Notes: generated by a model not told the origin, from the sequence alone. Shown: positions 15,800 to 26,431, numbered from the stretch's first letter. The stretch is DNA of 41,672 nucleotides from Candidatus Deferrimicrobium sp. (GCA_035654715.1 DASRWH010000322.1:1-41672); one strand, 5' to 3'. Numbers and translations: made by a program.

Positions 15800-16459
15800 T
15801 TACTTGCCATTGCGATATTTGTACATCATTTCTTTCATCATGTCCGCTATTGTTGGAGGTGTGTAAGTAATAGCGTTGGCACCTGCCTGGATTGTTTCTA
15901 ATACGCTCTCTTCTGTGGGCCCCCCGGTTGCGATAATGGGCAAATTGGGAAACATTTTTCGAATCTCATGCACCACCTGCGGGGTTTGACTTGAAGCCGA
16001 TACGTTCACTACATGCGCGCCATTTTCGATTCTTGACCCTACATCGGAATTGAGTGCAGTAATAATAATGGGTATATCTATAGTTTGACACACTTCTCGC
16101 ACGGTTTCATCACAAGTAGGGGCATTGAGTACAACCGCTAAGGCCCCCTGAAATTCAGCATGCAATGCCAGATTAACTACTTTCTTACCTTGTGTGGTGC
16201 CACCACCAACCCCCATCATAACCGGCTTATCCGCAACAAAGGTGATGGACTGAGTAATTACCGGTTGAGGTGTAAAAGGATACACCGCCATAATAGCGTC
16301 AGCGTCGTTGTTGCGAATTGCCACTACATCGGTGGTAAAGATAATGGAGCGAATCAACTTCCCATGAATACGGATTCCGGTGGCATGTTTGATACTCTTG
16401 GGAACTTCAAGGTACTTTTTACGCAAGGGTAATGAAATTTCCGGGCTCAAGTCCTCCAT
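15800..16459 (-). CDS. Conserved-looking hypothetical protein, probably a beta/alpha-barrel (phosphate-binding barrel-like)
   Basis: 219 aa. GAGGTGG SD. Alternating beta/alpha pattern with GVGGGTT and PIIATGGPTEESV...GANAI glycine-rich loops. Function not recognised. Confidence 0.65.
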   Translation of the reverse strand: MEDLSPEISLPLRKKYLEVPKSIKHATGIRIHGKLIRSIIFTTDVVAIRNNDADAIMAVYPFTPQPVITQSITFVADKPVMMGVGGGTTQGKKVVNLALHAEFQGALAVVLNAPTCDETVREVCQTIDIPIIITALNSDVGSRIENGAHVVNVSASSQTPQVVHEIRKMFPNLPIIATGGPTEESVLETIQAGANAITYTPPTIADMMKEMMYKYRNGK

Positions 16460-16537
16460 TAAACATCCACCTCAACACAGTTAATTTAAATTAGTATATT
16501 TTCAATACCAGCAGTATACCAAAAAAATCCAATATTC

Positions 16538-16765
16538 TCAATGAGTTGATGGGTTTATAGTTTGGTTTAGCTCCAGCAAAAATGTCTCCTGATCTACAGC
16601 CTTCATTTTACATGCTCGTTCTATTGTCACAAACTTAGCCATTGTATTACGCATAATAGGGTTACTGAGGTCTTTAAACCCATGCCTAATAAAGATTTCT
16701 AGCGTCTTAGGGAAGTTAGTCAAAACTTGTTCAACTATACTATCTTTAGTGATTTGTTGCATCAT
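16538..16765 (-). CDS. DUF1858 domain protein (Cys-less variant)
   Basis: MMQQITKDSIVEQVLTNFPKTLEIFIRHGF...TIERACKMKAVDQETFLLELN fits the DUF1858/ScdA_N-like pattern. Start ATG 16765 (AAGGGG 7 nt upstream). The ORF-track TTG at 16855 overlaps the ferredoxin gene. Confidence 0.7.
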   Translation of the reverse strand: MMQQITKDSIVEQVLTNFPKTLEIFIRHGFKDLSNPIMRNTMAKFVTIERACKMKAVDQETFLLELNQTINPSTH

Positions 16766-16845
16766 GGAAAACCCCTTTGCTATACTCCAGTTTAGGGTTC
16801 CCTTATTTACACGGGCCAATTCTCGATCTTCATCAATAATGTCAA

Positions 16846-17049
16846 TCACTTGCAAGTTGTGAACCCCTCAACGGAAATAACCGTAGTTATAGCACCCTGC
16901 ATGCAGGTTTGGTAGCACTCTTCACAGTCCATACAGGTGGAAGGATTAACAATCGCCAAATTACCCTTCATAACAATTGCACCTTGCGGGCAAACGCGTA
17001 CACAACTCTGACAACCTCTACATAATTCAGCTAGTACAAAAGCAGGCAT
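16846..17049 (-). CDS. 2x[4Fe-4S] ferredoxin
   Basis: CRGCQSCVRVCP and CMDCEECYQTC cluster motifs. AAAGGAGAGG SD. Confidence 0.85.
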   Translation of the reverse strand: MPAFVLAELCRGCQSCVRVCPQGAIVMKGNLAIVNPSTCMDCEECYQTCMQGAITTVISVEGFTTCK

Positions 17050-17096
17050 GCTAACCTCTCCTTTAACGTAATTTCAGTTGCTAGCTCATTTAATGC

Positions 17097-17113
17097 ATAC
17101 CCATAGGGGGTAT
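17097..17113 (-). promoter_or_regulatory. CsoR/RcnR-family-type operator ATACCC-ATAGG-GGGTAT at about +1 of the ferredoxin promoter
   Basis: Inverted repeat read directly. The promoter TTGACA (17144-17149) - 18 nt - TATATT (17120-17125) lies immediately upstream on the minus strand. Confidence 0.5.
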
Positions 17114-17162
17114 AGGTTAAATATATGTCATCACTATATACCCTGTCAATATTCGCATCACT

Positions 17163-17199
17163 AATAAAAAACAGGAATCCTCTTTGTAAGGATTCCTGT
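17163..17199 (-). terminator. typA terminator
   Basis: acaggaatcc / ggattcctgt stem with a U-run on the minus strand. Confidence 0.75.
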
Positions 17200-17206
17200 C
17201 TGAATG

Positions 17207-19036
17207 TTACTTTCCGCTTAGGGCTCTTTGTCTATCGTATTTAACCCTGGTGTTCTTATCAAGGTGTTTTTTACGTAGGCGTATGCTGATTGGAGTAATC
17301 TCGACATATTCGTCGTCGTTTATATACTCCAAGGCTTCTTCAAGGCTAAGGATTCGAGCAGCTTCTAGACGCAGGGAATCATCAGATCCGCTAGCTCGCA
17401 TATTGGTAAGCTGTTTCTTGCGGGTAATGTTGATGTCCATATCCTGCTCGCGAGAGTTCTCGCCCACAATCATGCCTTCATAGACCTTGGTGCCGGCTTC
17501 GATAAACATCATTCCACGGTCTTTGAGTTGGAACAGTGCATATGCGGTGGATTCACCAGGATCGGATGCAACTAATACACCACGACTACGCCCTTGTATT
17601 TCTCCCCTGTACGCTTGGTATGAATGGAAAACATGAGCCATAATTCCTTCTCCACGGGTCTCGGTTAGGAATTCTCCCCTAAATCCAATTAAACCACGAG
17701 CGGGAATTAAGAACTCAAGACGGGTGACCCCTCCAGTTAGGGTAATCATGTTTAACATTTCACCTTTGCGCATACCCAACAGTTCAATCACAGTACCCAT
17801 TGCGGTTTCAGGTACGTCACAAGTCAGGTGCTCAAAAGGCTCACATTTAACTCCATCAATCTCTTTTAAAATTACCTCAGGCTTTGAAACTTGTAACTCA
17901 AAACCTTCTCTGCGCATGTTTTCAATTAAAATTGAAAGGTGAAGTTCTCCTCTACCAGACACCTGGAAAGCATCTGCGTTACTAGTTTCTTCAACCCGTA
18001 AGCTTACATTTGTCTCAATTTCTTTAAAGAGGCGGTCCCTAAGTTTACGCGAGGTTACATGCTTTCCTTCGGTACCCGCAAAGGGGCTGGTATTAACCAT
18101 GAAGGTCATGGTCAGGGTTGGTTCGTCGATTTCTATGGTTGGCAAACCCTCAGGATTGATGGCACAAGTAATTGTTTCCCCAATATTAATGTTGGGAATC
18201 CCACTAATCGCAACTATTTCCCCAGCTAGTGCCGTTTGAGTTTCGACCCTATGCAGACCGCTAAAGGTAAATACCTTGACAACTTTGGCCTTTTCGAGGC
18301 TTGTATCGCGTTTAATAACAGCAACTTGGGTATTGGCGATTAATGTACCTCTTACTATTCGACCCAAGGCAATCTTACCCAAGTAGTCGTCATAGTCCAA
18401 CGTGGTCACCAGCATTTGCAAAGGACTATCAACATCAGACTCAGGAGCTGGGATATGCTCAATAATTGTCTCGAAGAGCGGTGTAAGATCGGCTTTCAGA
18501 TCCTCTGGTTCAATCCCTGCTACACCCTGACGAGCGGAGGAATATACAACCGGGAAATCAAGTTGATCATCGTTAGCACCAAGTTGCAAAAATAGTTCGA
18601 GCACCTCATCAACTACTTCATAAGGTCTGGCATCCGGTCTATCTATTTTATTAATTACCACGATGGGCTTAAGATCTAGTTCTAATGCTTTGCGCAATAC
18701 GAACTTGGTTTGGGGCATCGGACCTTCAAAGGCATCTACAACCAACAACACCCCATCCACCATTTTCAACACCCGCTCAACTTCGCCACCAAAATCTGCG
18801 TGTCCAGGGGTATCTACAATATTTATTTTAATGTCCCGCCAATTTATCGCTGTGTTTTTGGACAGGATAGTGATTCCCCGCTCTTTCTCCAAGTCGTTAG
18901 AGTCCATTACCCGTTCAATAATGTGTTCATTGGCTCGAAAAACGCCGCTTTGTTTAAGCATGACATCGACCAAACTAGTTTTACCGTGGTCTACGTGAGC
19001 GATAATCGCTAGATTTCTTAGATTAGCTGCTTGCAT
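17207..19036 (-). CDS. typA: Translational GTPase TypA/BipA
   Basis: [28 protein letters not shown]. Start ATG 19036 (GGAGAGAAGG upstream), 8 codons inside the ORF-track start. Confidence 0.95.
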   Translation of the reverse strand: MQAANLRNLAIIAHVDHGKTSLVDVMLKQSGVFRANEHIIERVMDSNDLEKERGITILSKNTAINWRDIKINIVDTPGHADFGGEVERVLKMVDGVLLVVDAFEGPMPQTKFVLRKALELDLKPIVVINKIDRPDARPYEVVDEVLELFLQLGANDDQLDFPVVYSSARQGVAGIEPEDLKADLTPLFETIIEHIPAPESDVDSPLQMLVTTLDYDDYLGKIALGRIVRGTLIANTQVAVIKRDTSLEKAKVVKVFTFSGLHRVETQTALAGEIVAISGIPNINIGETITCAINPEGLPTIEIDEPTLTMTFMVNTSPFAGTEGKHVTSRKLRDRLFKEIETNVSLRVEETSNADAFQVSGRGELHLSILIENMRREGFELQVSKPEVILKEIDGVKCEPFEHLTCDVPETAMGTVIELLGMRKGEMLNMITLTGGVTRLEFLIPARGLIGFRGEFLTETRGEGIMAHVFHSYQAYRGEIQGRSRGVLVASDPGESTAYALFQLKDRGMMFIEAGTKVYEGMIVGENSREQDMDINITRKKQLTNMRASGSDDSLRLEAARILSLEEALEYINDDEYVEITPISIRLRKKHLDKNTRVKYDRQRALSGK

Positions 19037-19151
19037 TTTTTGTCCTTCTCTCCACTTCATTTAAGCCTTAAATAGTATAGCACACTGATTGGCCAAGGGA
19101 AGATTTTTTTTTTGCCTTGATAGTGTTCCCAAAAAACAACTCATGCAAAAC

Positions 19152-19179
19152 AAAAAAAGAGCCGTATGCATACGGCTCT
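19152..19179 (-). terminator. hfq terminator
   Basis: agagccgta-tgca-tacggctct palindrome with a U7 tail on the minus strand. Confidence 0.8.
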
Positions 19180-19200
19180 TTTTCCCCTATATATTTAGGT

Positions 19201-19440
19201 TCACACTTTCGCCTCAGCAGCTAAATTAATGGGTTTAAAGGGCATAACCGTCGAAATGGCGTGTTTGTACACCATTTGTTGCTTACCCTCGAATTCAAGT
19301 ATAACAGTAAAATTATCAAACCCGCGGACCATACCTTTAAGTTGGAATCCGTTTACCAGATAAACTGTTACAGGTATATTCTCTTTTCTCACTTGATTGA
19401 GAAAGGAATCTTGCAAATTGATTTGTGTTTTATTATTCAT
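19201..19440 (-). CDS. hfq: RNA chaperone Hfq
   Basis: Sm1/Sm2 motifs ([35 protein letters not shown]). Start ATG 19440 (GGAGGG 6 nt upstream). Confidence 0.95.
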   Translation of the reverse strand: MNNKTQINLQDSFLNQVRKENIPVTVYLVNGFQLKGMVRGFDNFTVILEFEGKQQMVYKHAISTVMPFKPINLAAEAKV

Positions 19441-19505
19441 TTTTTTCCCTCCAAAACCAGATAAAGGCGTCTTGTTTCTATAATCAATATTGTACACCAT
19501 GTTTA

Positions 19506-20447
19506 CTAGAGTTTGCAAATCCTTTCGGCCATTTCTTCCACTATTTGTGACATTGTGCTATTTATTGCATCAAACCAGACTATCCTAGGGTCTCTTCGAA
19601 ACCAGGTCAACTGCCGCTTGGCAAAATGCCTGGTATCCCGCTTTAGTAGGCGAAGGGTTTCTTCTAAGTTCGTATGCCCGCGTAAATACTTGATCACGTG
19701 CCTGTAACCGATAGTTTGCAACGCCGCTAAGTTCGGGGAGTATCCCTCCTGCAATAGGCAATTGACCTCCTGCACAAACCCCTTGTCAATCATAGTATCA
19801 ACCCGACGGTTAATCCTAAAATATATTTCCTCGCGTGGAGCAGTCAGGCCAAAATAACTTAAGCGGTACGGACTGTCTTCAAGACTCGGCTCTTTGGACA
19901 CGGAGTTTTGAAACTCCGAAAAGGGACTACCAGTAATTTGAAATACCTCTAGAGCGCGCACCACTCGAGTAACATCATTAACATGTAAACGGGCTGCACT
20001 GACGGGATCAACCTGTGCCAATCTGCGATGCAACTCCTCTTTACCAGCAGTTTCTGCAATTTCACGCAAGGAATCACGTATCGTATTGTCTGAGGCAATG
20101 TCTGGAAACTCATAGGGATCGATAATTGAACGAATATAGAGCCCCGTCCCTCCAACCAATAAAGGTATCTTGCCACGAACAGTAATCTCCACGATCAAAT
20201 CCTTAACTCTTTTCTGAAACATTGCCACGCTAAACTCTTCGTCTGGGTTCAAGATATCAATCATGTGATGAGGTACACCCTGTTGCTCATTCGGGGTGAC
20301 CTTCGCAGACCCGATGTTTAACTTTCGATAAACCTGCACAGAGTCACCTGATATAATCTCCCCGCCTATCAGCTTGGCTAAGCGAACCGCTATTTCTGTT
20401 TTGCCGACCGCTGTCGGTCCAACAATCACCACAAACGCAGGTTTCAT
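19506..20447 (-). CDS. miaA: tRNA dimethylallyltransferase
   Basis: P-loop [14 protein letters not shown]. Start ATG 20447. Confidence 0.95.
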   Translation of the reverse strand: MKPAFVVIVGPTAVGKTEIAVRLAKLIGGEIISGDSVQVYRKLNIGSAKVTPNEQQGVPHHMIDILNPDEEFSVAMFQKRVKDLIVEITVRGKIPLLVGGTGLYIRSIIDPYEFPDIASDNTIRDSLREIAETAGKEELHRRLAQVDPVSAARLHVNDVTRVVRALEVFQITGSPFSEFQNSVSKEPSLEDSPYRLSYFGLTAPREEIYFRINRRVDTMIDKGFVQEVNCLLQEGYSPNLAALQTIGYRHVIKYLRGHTNLEETLRLLKRDTRHFAKRQLTWFRRDPRIVWFDAINSTMSQIVEEMAERICKL

Positions 20448-20448
20448 G

Positions 20449-21273
20449 CTAACCCCCAATATTTATTATCCCGAAGGCAACCTGACTGTATTTGCCTCCT
20501 GGAACGACTTCAAATCCTAAACGTGTAAATTCTTTGCTATATCTACCTTCTTTAAGAACCACTCTGTGACGGGCAACCCTACAAGCTTCCTCAATTGTCT
20601 GTAGGTCAATCTGATCTGGTAAAGCCAAGGTTCTGAGGGGTGAAATTGATATTGAATCTTCACAGGGTTTGCGAAACATGGGGTCAAAATATATGATATC
20701 TACACTTTTATCCTGCTGATTTTTCAGAAATGGCAGGTGGTTAGTATGTACTACCTCAATTCTCTCAATTGCGTCAGGTAACCCGGATAAAACCTGGGCT
20801 TTATGAGGATCCAAGCCCGAGTGTATCCTAGGACGATAGTCCTTCATGCCATTTCTCACTAAGACACTTACGACTTTAGACGCTTCTAGCCCTACAACCT
20901 TACCCAGTGGCCCTGTGAGAAAGCTTGCAACCAACGCATCCGCACCAAAGCCCAAGGTGCAATCAAGCACGGTCATTCCCTGTTGAATATCCATTGCCTC
21001 CGCCATCCTATCAGGATCACCCTTTAGGTAATTCATTAGTCGTAGAAGGGCCATACTGGGATGAAAGAAGAACTCCTCATTTCCAACTCTAGCCGCAACA
21101 TGCTTCTCACCTACCACTATAGTGACTTCTTGTTCATAGATTTCAGCTAGAGTGTCAAGTGACCGTTCTCTCCGTTCCACAAAACAGCAGTTCAATTCCC
21201 TTGCCAAGGATGTAGCTCTAGCAGCTAATTCCGCTTTATCTTTTACTGTAGTTACAATTATTTTTGCTTTCAA
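20449..21273 (-). CDS. Class I SAM-dependent methyltransferase, RsmJ (16S rRNA m2G1516)-like
   Basis: VLDCTLGFGADA, IYFDPMF and VVLKEGRY parallel the E. coli RsmJ motifs. TTG start with GAGGGTG SD. Confidence 0.75.
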   Translation of the reverse strand: MKAKIIVTTVKDKAELAARATSLARELNCCFVERRERSLDTLAEIYEQEVTIVVGEKHVAARVGNEEFFFHPSMALLRLMNYLKGDPDRMAEAMDIQQGMTVLDCTLGFGADALVASFLTGPLGKVVGLEASKVVSVLVRNGMKDYRPRIHSGLDPHKAQVLSGLPDAIERIEVVHTNHLPFLKNQQDKSVDIIYFDPMFRKPCEDSISISPLRTLALPDQIDLQTIEEACRVARHRVVLKEGRYSKEFTRLGFEVVPGGKYSQVAFGIINIGG

Positions 21274-21278
21274 CTACT

Positions 21279-23192
21279 CTACACCCTCTGAAAACGTTTG
21301 GCTAATTCGTCTACGCTGATTGCAATAATCGTTGGTCTGCCGTGGGGGCAGGAAAAGGGGTTTTCTGCCTGGCCTAAGCGCCAGAGTAAATGTTCCATCT
21401 CTGAAGTACTTAAACGTTTGTTAGCTGTAATCGATGACTTACAAGCTAGCATATAGATGATTTCTTCTCTCAGCTTGCGTGCCTCAATTTTCTTTTCTCC
21501 CTGGGTGAACAATTCCAACAGGTCCCGGATCAGCTCCTGGGGATTGTCAATATCAGTCGGGTAACCCCTTAATAGGAAAGTATTCCCACCAAAGTGTTCT
21601 AATAAAAGGCCCAGGTCGCTAAACTGAAAAATATTTTCCACCAAGAGTTCCATCTCCTGGTTTGTCAATTCCAATGTTATTGGATCGAGCAACAGTTGAG
21701 CTTCTAGCTGTCCATCAGCTGCCTTCGACCATAGCTCCTCATAATTCAAGCGTTCATGCGCTGCATGTTGGTCAATTATGTACAAACCATCTAGGCCCTT
21801 TGCCACTATATAGGTAAGATCAATCTGTCCCAGAGGGTCTAGGTCAGGTAACTTACTTGAGCTTGCCACAACCCCGTTAGCTTCATAGAAAACCTCATTT
21901 GGCGTGGCATGGGTTATGGGTGAAGCATCGTTCTGTTGTTCGGATTTGGGCAAAACAAGTTTGTTTGTGTCCGACTTTGTAAAAGTTGTATCTGGAGAAA
22001 TCGCGCCAATAGTCGTCTCACTTGGCACTACTGCCTCTGAGTTGGTAAACGGATGCAAAAAGGAAACTGTTTTTAGGGAAGACTGAATATAGGTCTCCTC
22101 ACCTGTAAACAGGGGCAAATCCAAATCCCTAGTAGCTTGTTGGTAACTTACGGGGGTAGGTTCGGACAAGCTCTGAACTGATTTATTTTCAAGCCCTGGT
22201 ATCAGTAAATTGCTTGTCAAAGCATCTCTTATCGCATCTGCAATAAAATCCATCGAGGCTTCTTTAGAAAACCTGACCTCAAGCTTCGTAGGATGCACAT
22301 TGACATCTACCATATTAGGCTGAAGGTGCAAGTTTAACACAACAATAGGGTACCTATTACTTGGTATCAAGGTATGATACCCCTCTGCAACGGCCTCTGT
22401 TAAGGCCTTGCTGCGGATGTACCTACCGTTAATAAAAAAAGTCTGTTGCGCTCTAGTTGAGCGTGTATGTTGAGGTTTGCTCAGTAATCCTCCTAGGGCC
22501 AGTTCCCCCTCAACGGAGATTGGAACCATATCCCTGGCTAGTTCTCTTCCGTAAACTTGGCTAACTGTCTCCAGTAAGCTACCGTTTCCCGAAGTATGCA
22601 AAAGCACTCTACCCTGATTGATGAATTTAAACGAAATTTTGGGATAAGCCATGGCTAAACGGTTCATAACATCGCTTATTTGCCCAAGTTCGGTAGCATC
22701 GCTTTTTAGAAACTTGCGACGAGCAGGGGTGTTAAAGAATAAGTCTCTAACGAAAAATGTAGTGCCCACCGGACAACCGGCGTCTTGTACCTGATCGATC
22801 TTTCCGCCAGATATTAACAATCGAGTTCCTTCCAAGCAATTGGCTTCACGAGTAATAGCCTCCATGTTACTCACGGAGGCTATACTAGGCAAGGCTTCCC
22901 CACGAAAGCCCAGAGTAGAAATTTCTCCAAGGTCGGAAGAAGAGCTAATTTTGCTGGTAGCGTGACGTTGAAAAGCAAGGACCGCGTCCTCCCTTTGCAT
23001 GCCACAGCCATTGTCAGTCACTCTGATTAGTTCTACTCCAGCAGCAATCACTTCTACTTCTATTTTGCTGGCCCCTGCATCCACCGCGTTTTCTACCAGT
23101 TCCTTGACCACAGACGCAGGACGTTCAACAACTTCCCCCGCTGCAATTTGGTTGGCAGTTATCGGGTCAAGAATTTTGATGCGGTTACTCAT
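21279..23192 (-). CDS. mutL: DNA mismatch repair protein MutL (endonuclease-type)
   Basis: GHKL ELVENAVDAGA, GFRGEAL, and C-terminal DQHAAHERLNYEE endonuclease motif. Confidence 0.95.
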   Translation of the reverse strand: MSNRIKILDPITANQIAAGEVVERPASVVKELVENAVDAGASKIEVEVIAAGVELIRVTDNGCGMQREDAVLAFQRHATSKISSSSDLGEISTLGFRGEALPSIASVSNMEAITREANCLEGTRLLISGGKIDQVQDAGCPVGTTFFVRDLFFNTPARRKFLKSDATELGQISDVMNRLAMAYPKISFKFINQGRVLLHTSGNGSLLETVSQVYGRELARDMVPISVEGELALGGLLSKPQHTRSTRAQQTFFINGRYIRSKALTEAVAEGYHTLIPSNRYPIVVLNLHLQPNMVDVNVHPTKLEVRFSKEASMDFIADAIRDALTSNLLIPGLENKSVQSLSEPTPVSYQQATRDLDLPLFTGEETYIQSSLKTVSFLHPFTNSEAVVPSETTIGAISPDTTFTKSDTNKLVLPKSEQQNDASPITHATPNEVFYEANGVVASSSKLPDLDPLGQIDLTYIVAKGLDGLYIIDQHAAHERLNYEELWSKAADGQLEAQLLLDPITLELTNQEMELLVENIFQFSDLGLLLEHFGGNTFLLRGYPTDIDNPQELIRDLLELFTQGEKKIEARKLREEIIYMLACKSSITANKRLSTSEMEHLLWRLGQAENPFSCPHGRPTIIAISVDELAKRFQRV

Positions 23193-23262
23193 TACTCATC
23201 CCCCGTAGAAAAGTACTCTATTTTCAAAAGTGTTTCCTGCTTGCCTTAAGGTGCTAGGTCCC

Positions 23263-25890
23263 TCAGACTTGCTTTAACTGTAGTTTTAACTCCGCCAACA
23301 GGTTAAGTGCTGCTAGTGGAGTCAACTGGTTAAGCTCTATTTGTTGTAATCTTTCAAGTACTTTCTGTTCATTAGGGTCGTGTTGATCTTCCACCAAGGC
23401 AAAGCTTAATTGTTCAAAGTCAGCTGCCGTAGAAATCTCCCGTTTTGCCTTGCCAGAAGATTCCTGGCTCTCTAAGGAATGTAAAATAACTTTTGCACGA
23501 TTGATGACTTCCTGTGGCAGGCCTGCCAAACGGGCAACCTGTATACCATAACTACGGTCCGCACTACCCTCAACTATCTTTCTAAGAAAAACAATGTTTT
23601 CTCCCTGTTCCTTGACAGCCACACGGAAGTTACACACTCCAGGCAGCATGTCTCCTAGTTCTGTCAGTTCGTGATAGTGAGTTGCGAATAAAGTTTTGGC
23701 ACCAATCCGCTTCTCATTGTGGATATACTCAGCTACTGACCAAGCAATACTTAAACCATCATAAGTCGCAGTACCGCGTCCAATCTCATCTAGAATAATT
23801 AAGCTTTGTTCGGTAGCATTGTTAAGGATATTTGCTACCTCATTCATTTCAACCATAAAAGTGCTTTGCCCTGTGGACAGGTCATCAGAGGCTCCTACTC
23901 TGGTAAAGATACGATCCACTAGACCGATTTGCGCATTCGCTGCAGGAATAAAGGATCCCATTTGCGCCATCAGCACTAGTAATGCAACTTGTCGCATGTA
24001 AGTAGATTTCCCGGCCATATTAGGCCCGGTTATAATTACCAAACGGGCAGTGGAATTATCCAACTCTGTATCGTTTGGTACGAAGAATTCCTCTTCCAAT
24101 ACCTTTTCCACCACGGGATGCCTGCCTTCGCATATTTGAATCGTGCTTCCCGTATTTATCTTGGGTTTGACATAATTGTTGCGAACCGCCACTTCAGCAA
24201 GACTGGACAACACATCTAATTGGGCGAGTACTGTAGCGGTATGTTGAATTCCGTGAGCCCGATTCCCAACCTGCTCTCGAACAGAGCAAAACATTTGGTA
24301 CTCTAGGGTCACTAGTTTTTCCTCCGCCCCAAGGATTTTGCTTTCGTATTCTTTAAGTTCAGGAGTTATGTAGCGTTCTGCATTGGCCAGGGTCTGTTTT
24401 CTGATGTACTCCTCAGGTACATTAGCCAGATTGGCCTGGGTCACCTCCAGGTAGTAACCAAAAACCTTATTGAAGCCAACTTTAAGTGACCTAATCCCAG
24501 TTTTCTCCCGCTCCTTAGCTTCAAGTGCAGCCACCCAATCTTTCCCATGACGTGAGATATACCGTAATTCATCAATCTTTTGGTCAAAACCGTCCTTGAT
24601 GAGATTACCTTCTCGCAGAGTAAAGGGAGCCTCTTGAGCGATGGCCCGTTCCAAAAGCTCAGCAACATCGGTTAACGTGTCTAATTGCTGGGACAACTCC
24701 GTTAAGGGATTGGGTGAAGAAAGAGGATTTACGTTATTCAGCAGCTGCTCGATTTTGGGCAAATATTTAAGAGAATGCAATAAGGCCAATAAATCTTTGG
24801 CGTTGGCAGAACCGAAAACAATTCTCCCTAACAGTCTTTCTAAGTCATAGATTTCTTTAAGCGCATCCCTTAAATCAGCTCGCAACAAATAATCCTGGTG
24901 TAGTGCTTCAACCAAGTTTTGACGCTTGATAATCGCTTCGAAATCAACAAGCGGCTGCTCAACCCATTGCTTCAGTAACCTAGCACCCATGGCGGTGTGA
25001 GTCAAATCCAAGACTCCCAAAAGGCTACCTTTTTTATCCTGTTCCCGCAGGGTTTTGGTTAACTCCAAGTTTCTGCGAGTGGCTAGATCCATAACCATAA
25101 AGCTTTCCAAAACATATGGGGTAAGCTTATTTAGATGTGCCAAAGAACCGCCGCTTTGCATTTGTAATTGTTGCAACAAAGCTCCAGCTGCAGTTAAACC
25201 GAGCTCCATTTCCTGACATCCAAAACCAGCAAGATTACGGGTTGCGAAATGCGAGCTCAACAGACTCACTGCATGTTTGAAGTTGAATTCCTTCGCAGTA
25301 ATGTAACTAATAACACATCCTGTTGTCTTGATAAGCTTGTCCGACAATACTTGGGTTAGCTCAGCATTAAGCAAGACTTCAGCAGGGCTGAGTCGTGCAA
25401 CTTCATCCAGAATTTTCGTCTGAGCTCTATCCCCTCTCGTTTCTGTCAACCTGAATTCTCCGGTAGATATATCAACCACAGCCAAACCGTAGCCCTCAAC
25501 CCCACCGGTAACTGCCACTAGATAATTATTTTTCTTCTCCTTGAGCATGCTGGCTTCCATTACTGTGCCGGGGGATATTACTCTCACAACATCCCTACGC
25601 ACAATTCCTTTAGTCAGCTTGGGGTCTTCAACCTGTTCACAGATTGCTACTTTAAATCCCTTGTCGATTAGTTTAGCTATATATCCCTCTGCGGCATGAA
25701 AGGGTATCCCGCACATGGGAATCTTACTTCCCGCTCCAGCGTCTCTCGCTGTGAGGGCTATCTCTAAGGCTCTGGCTGCAACTTCTGCATCCGATCCGAA
25801 CATTTCATAGAAATCTCCGAGGCGAAAAAACAGGATAGCATCCTGATAACGTCCTTTAATTTCCCTATATTGCTGCATCATTGGTGTCAA
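23263..25890 (-). CDS. mutS: DNA mismatch repair protein MutS
   Basis: TPMMQQY N-terminus, Walker A GPNMAGKST, DEIGRGT, FATHYHEL. TTG start with GGGAGGG SD. Confidence 0.95.
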   Translation of the reverse strand: MTPMMQQYREIKGRYQDAILFFRLGDFYEMFGSDAEVAARALEIALTARDAGAGSKIPMCGIPFHAAEGYIAKLIDKGFKVAICEQVEDPKLTKGIVRRDVVRVISPGTVMEASMLKEKKNNYLVAVTGGVEGYGLAVVDISTGEFRLTETRGDRAQTKILDEVARLSPAEVLLNAELTQVLSDKLIKTTGCVISYITAKEFNFKHAVSLLSSHFATRNLAGFGCQEMELGLTAAGALLQQLQMQSGGSLAHLNKLTPYVLESFMVMDLATRRNLELTKTLREQDKKGSLLGVLDLTHTAMGARLLKQWVEQPLVDFEAIIKRQNLVEALHQDYLLRADLRDALKEIYDLERLLGRIVFGSANAKDLLALLHSLKYLPKIEQLLNNVNPLSSPNPLTELSQQLDTLTDVAELLERAIAQEAPFTLREGNLIKDGFDQKIDELRYISRHGKDWVAALEAKEREKTGIRSLKVGFNKVFGYYLEVTQANLANVPEEYIRKQTLANAERYITPELKEYESKILGAEEKLVTLEYQMFCSVREQVGNRAHGIQHTATVLAQLDVLSSLAEVAVRNNYVKPKINTGSTIQICEGRHPVVEKVLEEEFFVPNDTELDNSTARLVIITGPNMAGKSTYMRQVALLVLMAQMGSFIPAANAQIGLVDRIFTRVGASDDLSTGQSTFMVEMNEVANILNNATEQSLIILDEIGRGTATYDGLSIAWSVAEYIHNEKRIGAKTLFATHYHELTELGDMLPGVCNFRVAVKEQGENIVFLRKIVEGSADRSYGIQVARLAGLPQEVINRAKVILHSLESQESSGKAKREISTAADFEQLSFALVEDQHDPNEQKVLERLQQIELNQLTPLAALNLLAELKLQLKQV

Positions 25891-26011
25891 AAGAAGTGCC
25901 CTCCCAGCAATGTTTATATAGGCTTATTATAGCATATTAAACCACGTGGGTCTTGACCTAGCAAGGTATGTATTTGTGCTGTTCAATCTGCCATACCTTA
26001 ATTCTTGACAT

Positions 26012-26036
26012 AGAAAAAGCCCGGTTTCCCGGGCTT
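26012..26036 (-). terminator. Terminator after ymcA
   Basis: aagcccgg / ccgggctt stem with a U5 tail on the minus strand. Confidence 0.7.
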
Positions 26037-26041
26037 AATGC

Positions 26042-26431
26042 TTAGTGGCAACCGCTGCAACTACTACAACCACCACTGTGGCTGTCGCAGCTATCCGAGT
26101 CCCCGTTTATTGCTTTCATGATCAAGAAATTAATCCCGTCCATTAATTCAGAAAACTCTCCCTGAGCTTTGAGATATGCGCTTATGGTGGCATTACTCTC
26201 TAATTGGTTTTCTAGCGCATCATATTCAGCCTTATCCTCAGCGGAAATTTCTTGGTTGTTTTGTTTAGCCTGATTCATTTGGTTTTGTTTCTGCTGATAT
26301 TTCCCCACTAGTTCTTGAGCAATTGGGTCGTTAGCAAACTTAGCTTCATCTTCCCGCATGTGCTTTAATTCTTCGCTTTGCGAAATTAAGTCGCCCAAAA
26401 TCCTTGCTTGTTCAATTATTTTCTGAGACAT
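26042..26431 (-). CDS. ymcA: YlbF/YmcA (RicA-like) family protein with a Cys-rich C-terminal tail
   Basis: Position between miaB (ymcB) and mutS as in B. subtilis. Helical Q/E-rich body. Tail DSDSCDSHSGGCSSCSGCH. AGGAGG SD. Confidence 0.8.
   Translation of the reverse strand: MSQKIIEQARILGDLISQSEELKHMREDEAKFANDPIAQELVGKYQQKQNQMNQAKQNNQEISAEDKAEYDALENQLESNATISAYLKAQGEFSELMDGINFLIMKAINGDSDSCDSHSGGCSSCSGCH

Noticed and set aside
16766-16855. N-terminal 30 codons (TTG start) of the DUF1858 ORF overlapping the ferredoxin gene
   Set aside because: There is no SD. The DUF1858 homology begins at MMQQITKD, which has its own AAGGGG SD.
19104-19113. T10 homopolymer in the typA promoter region as a phase-variation tract
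   Set aside because: It lies upstream of the putative -35 in an AT-rich spacer. It is a single tract with no evidence of a contingency locus, and typA is a housekeeping gene.
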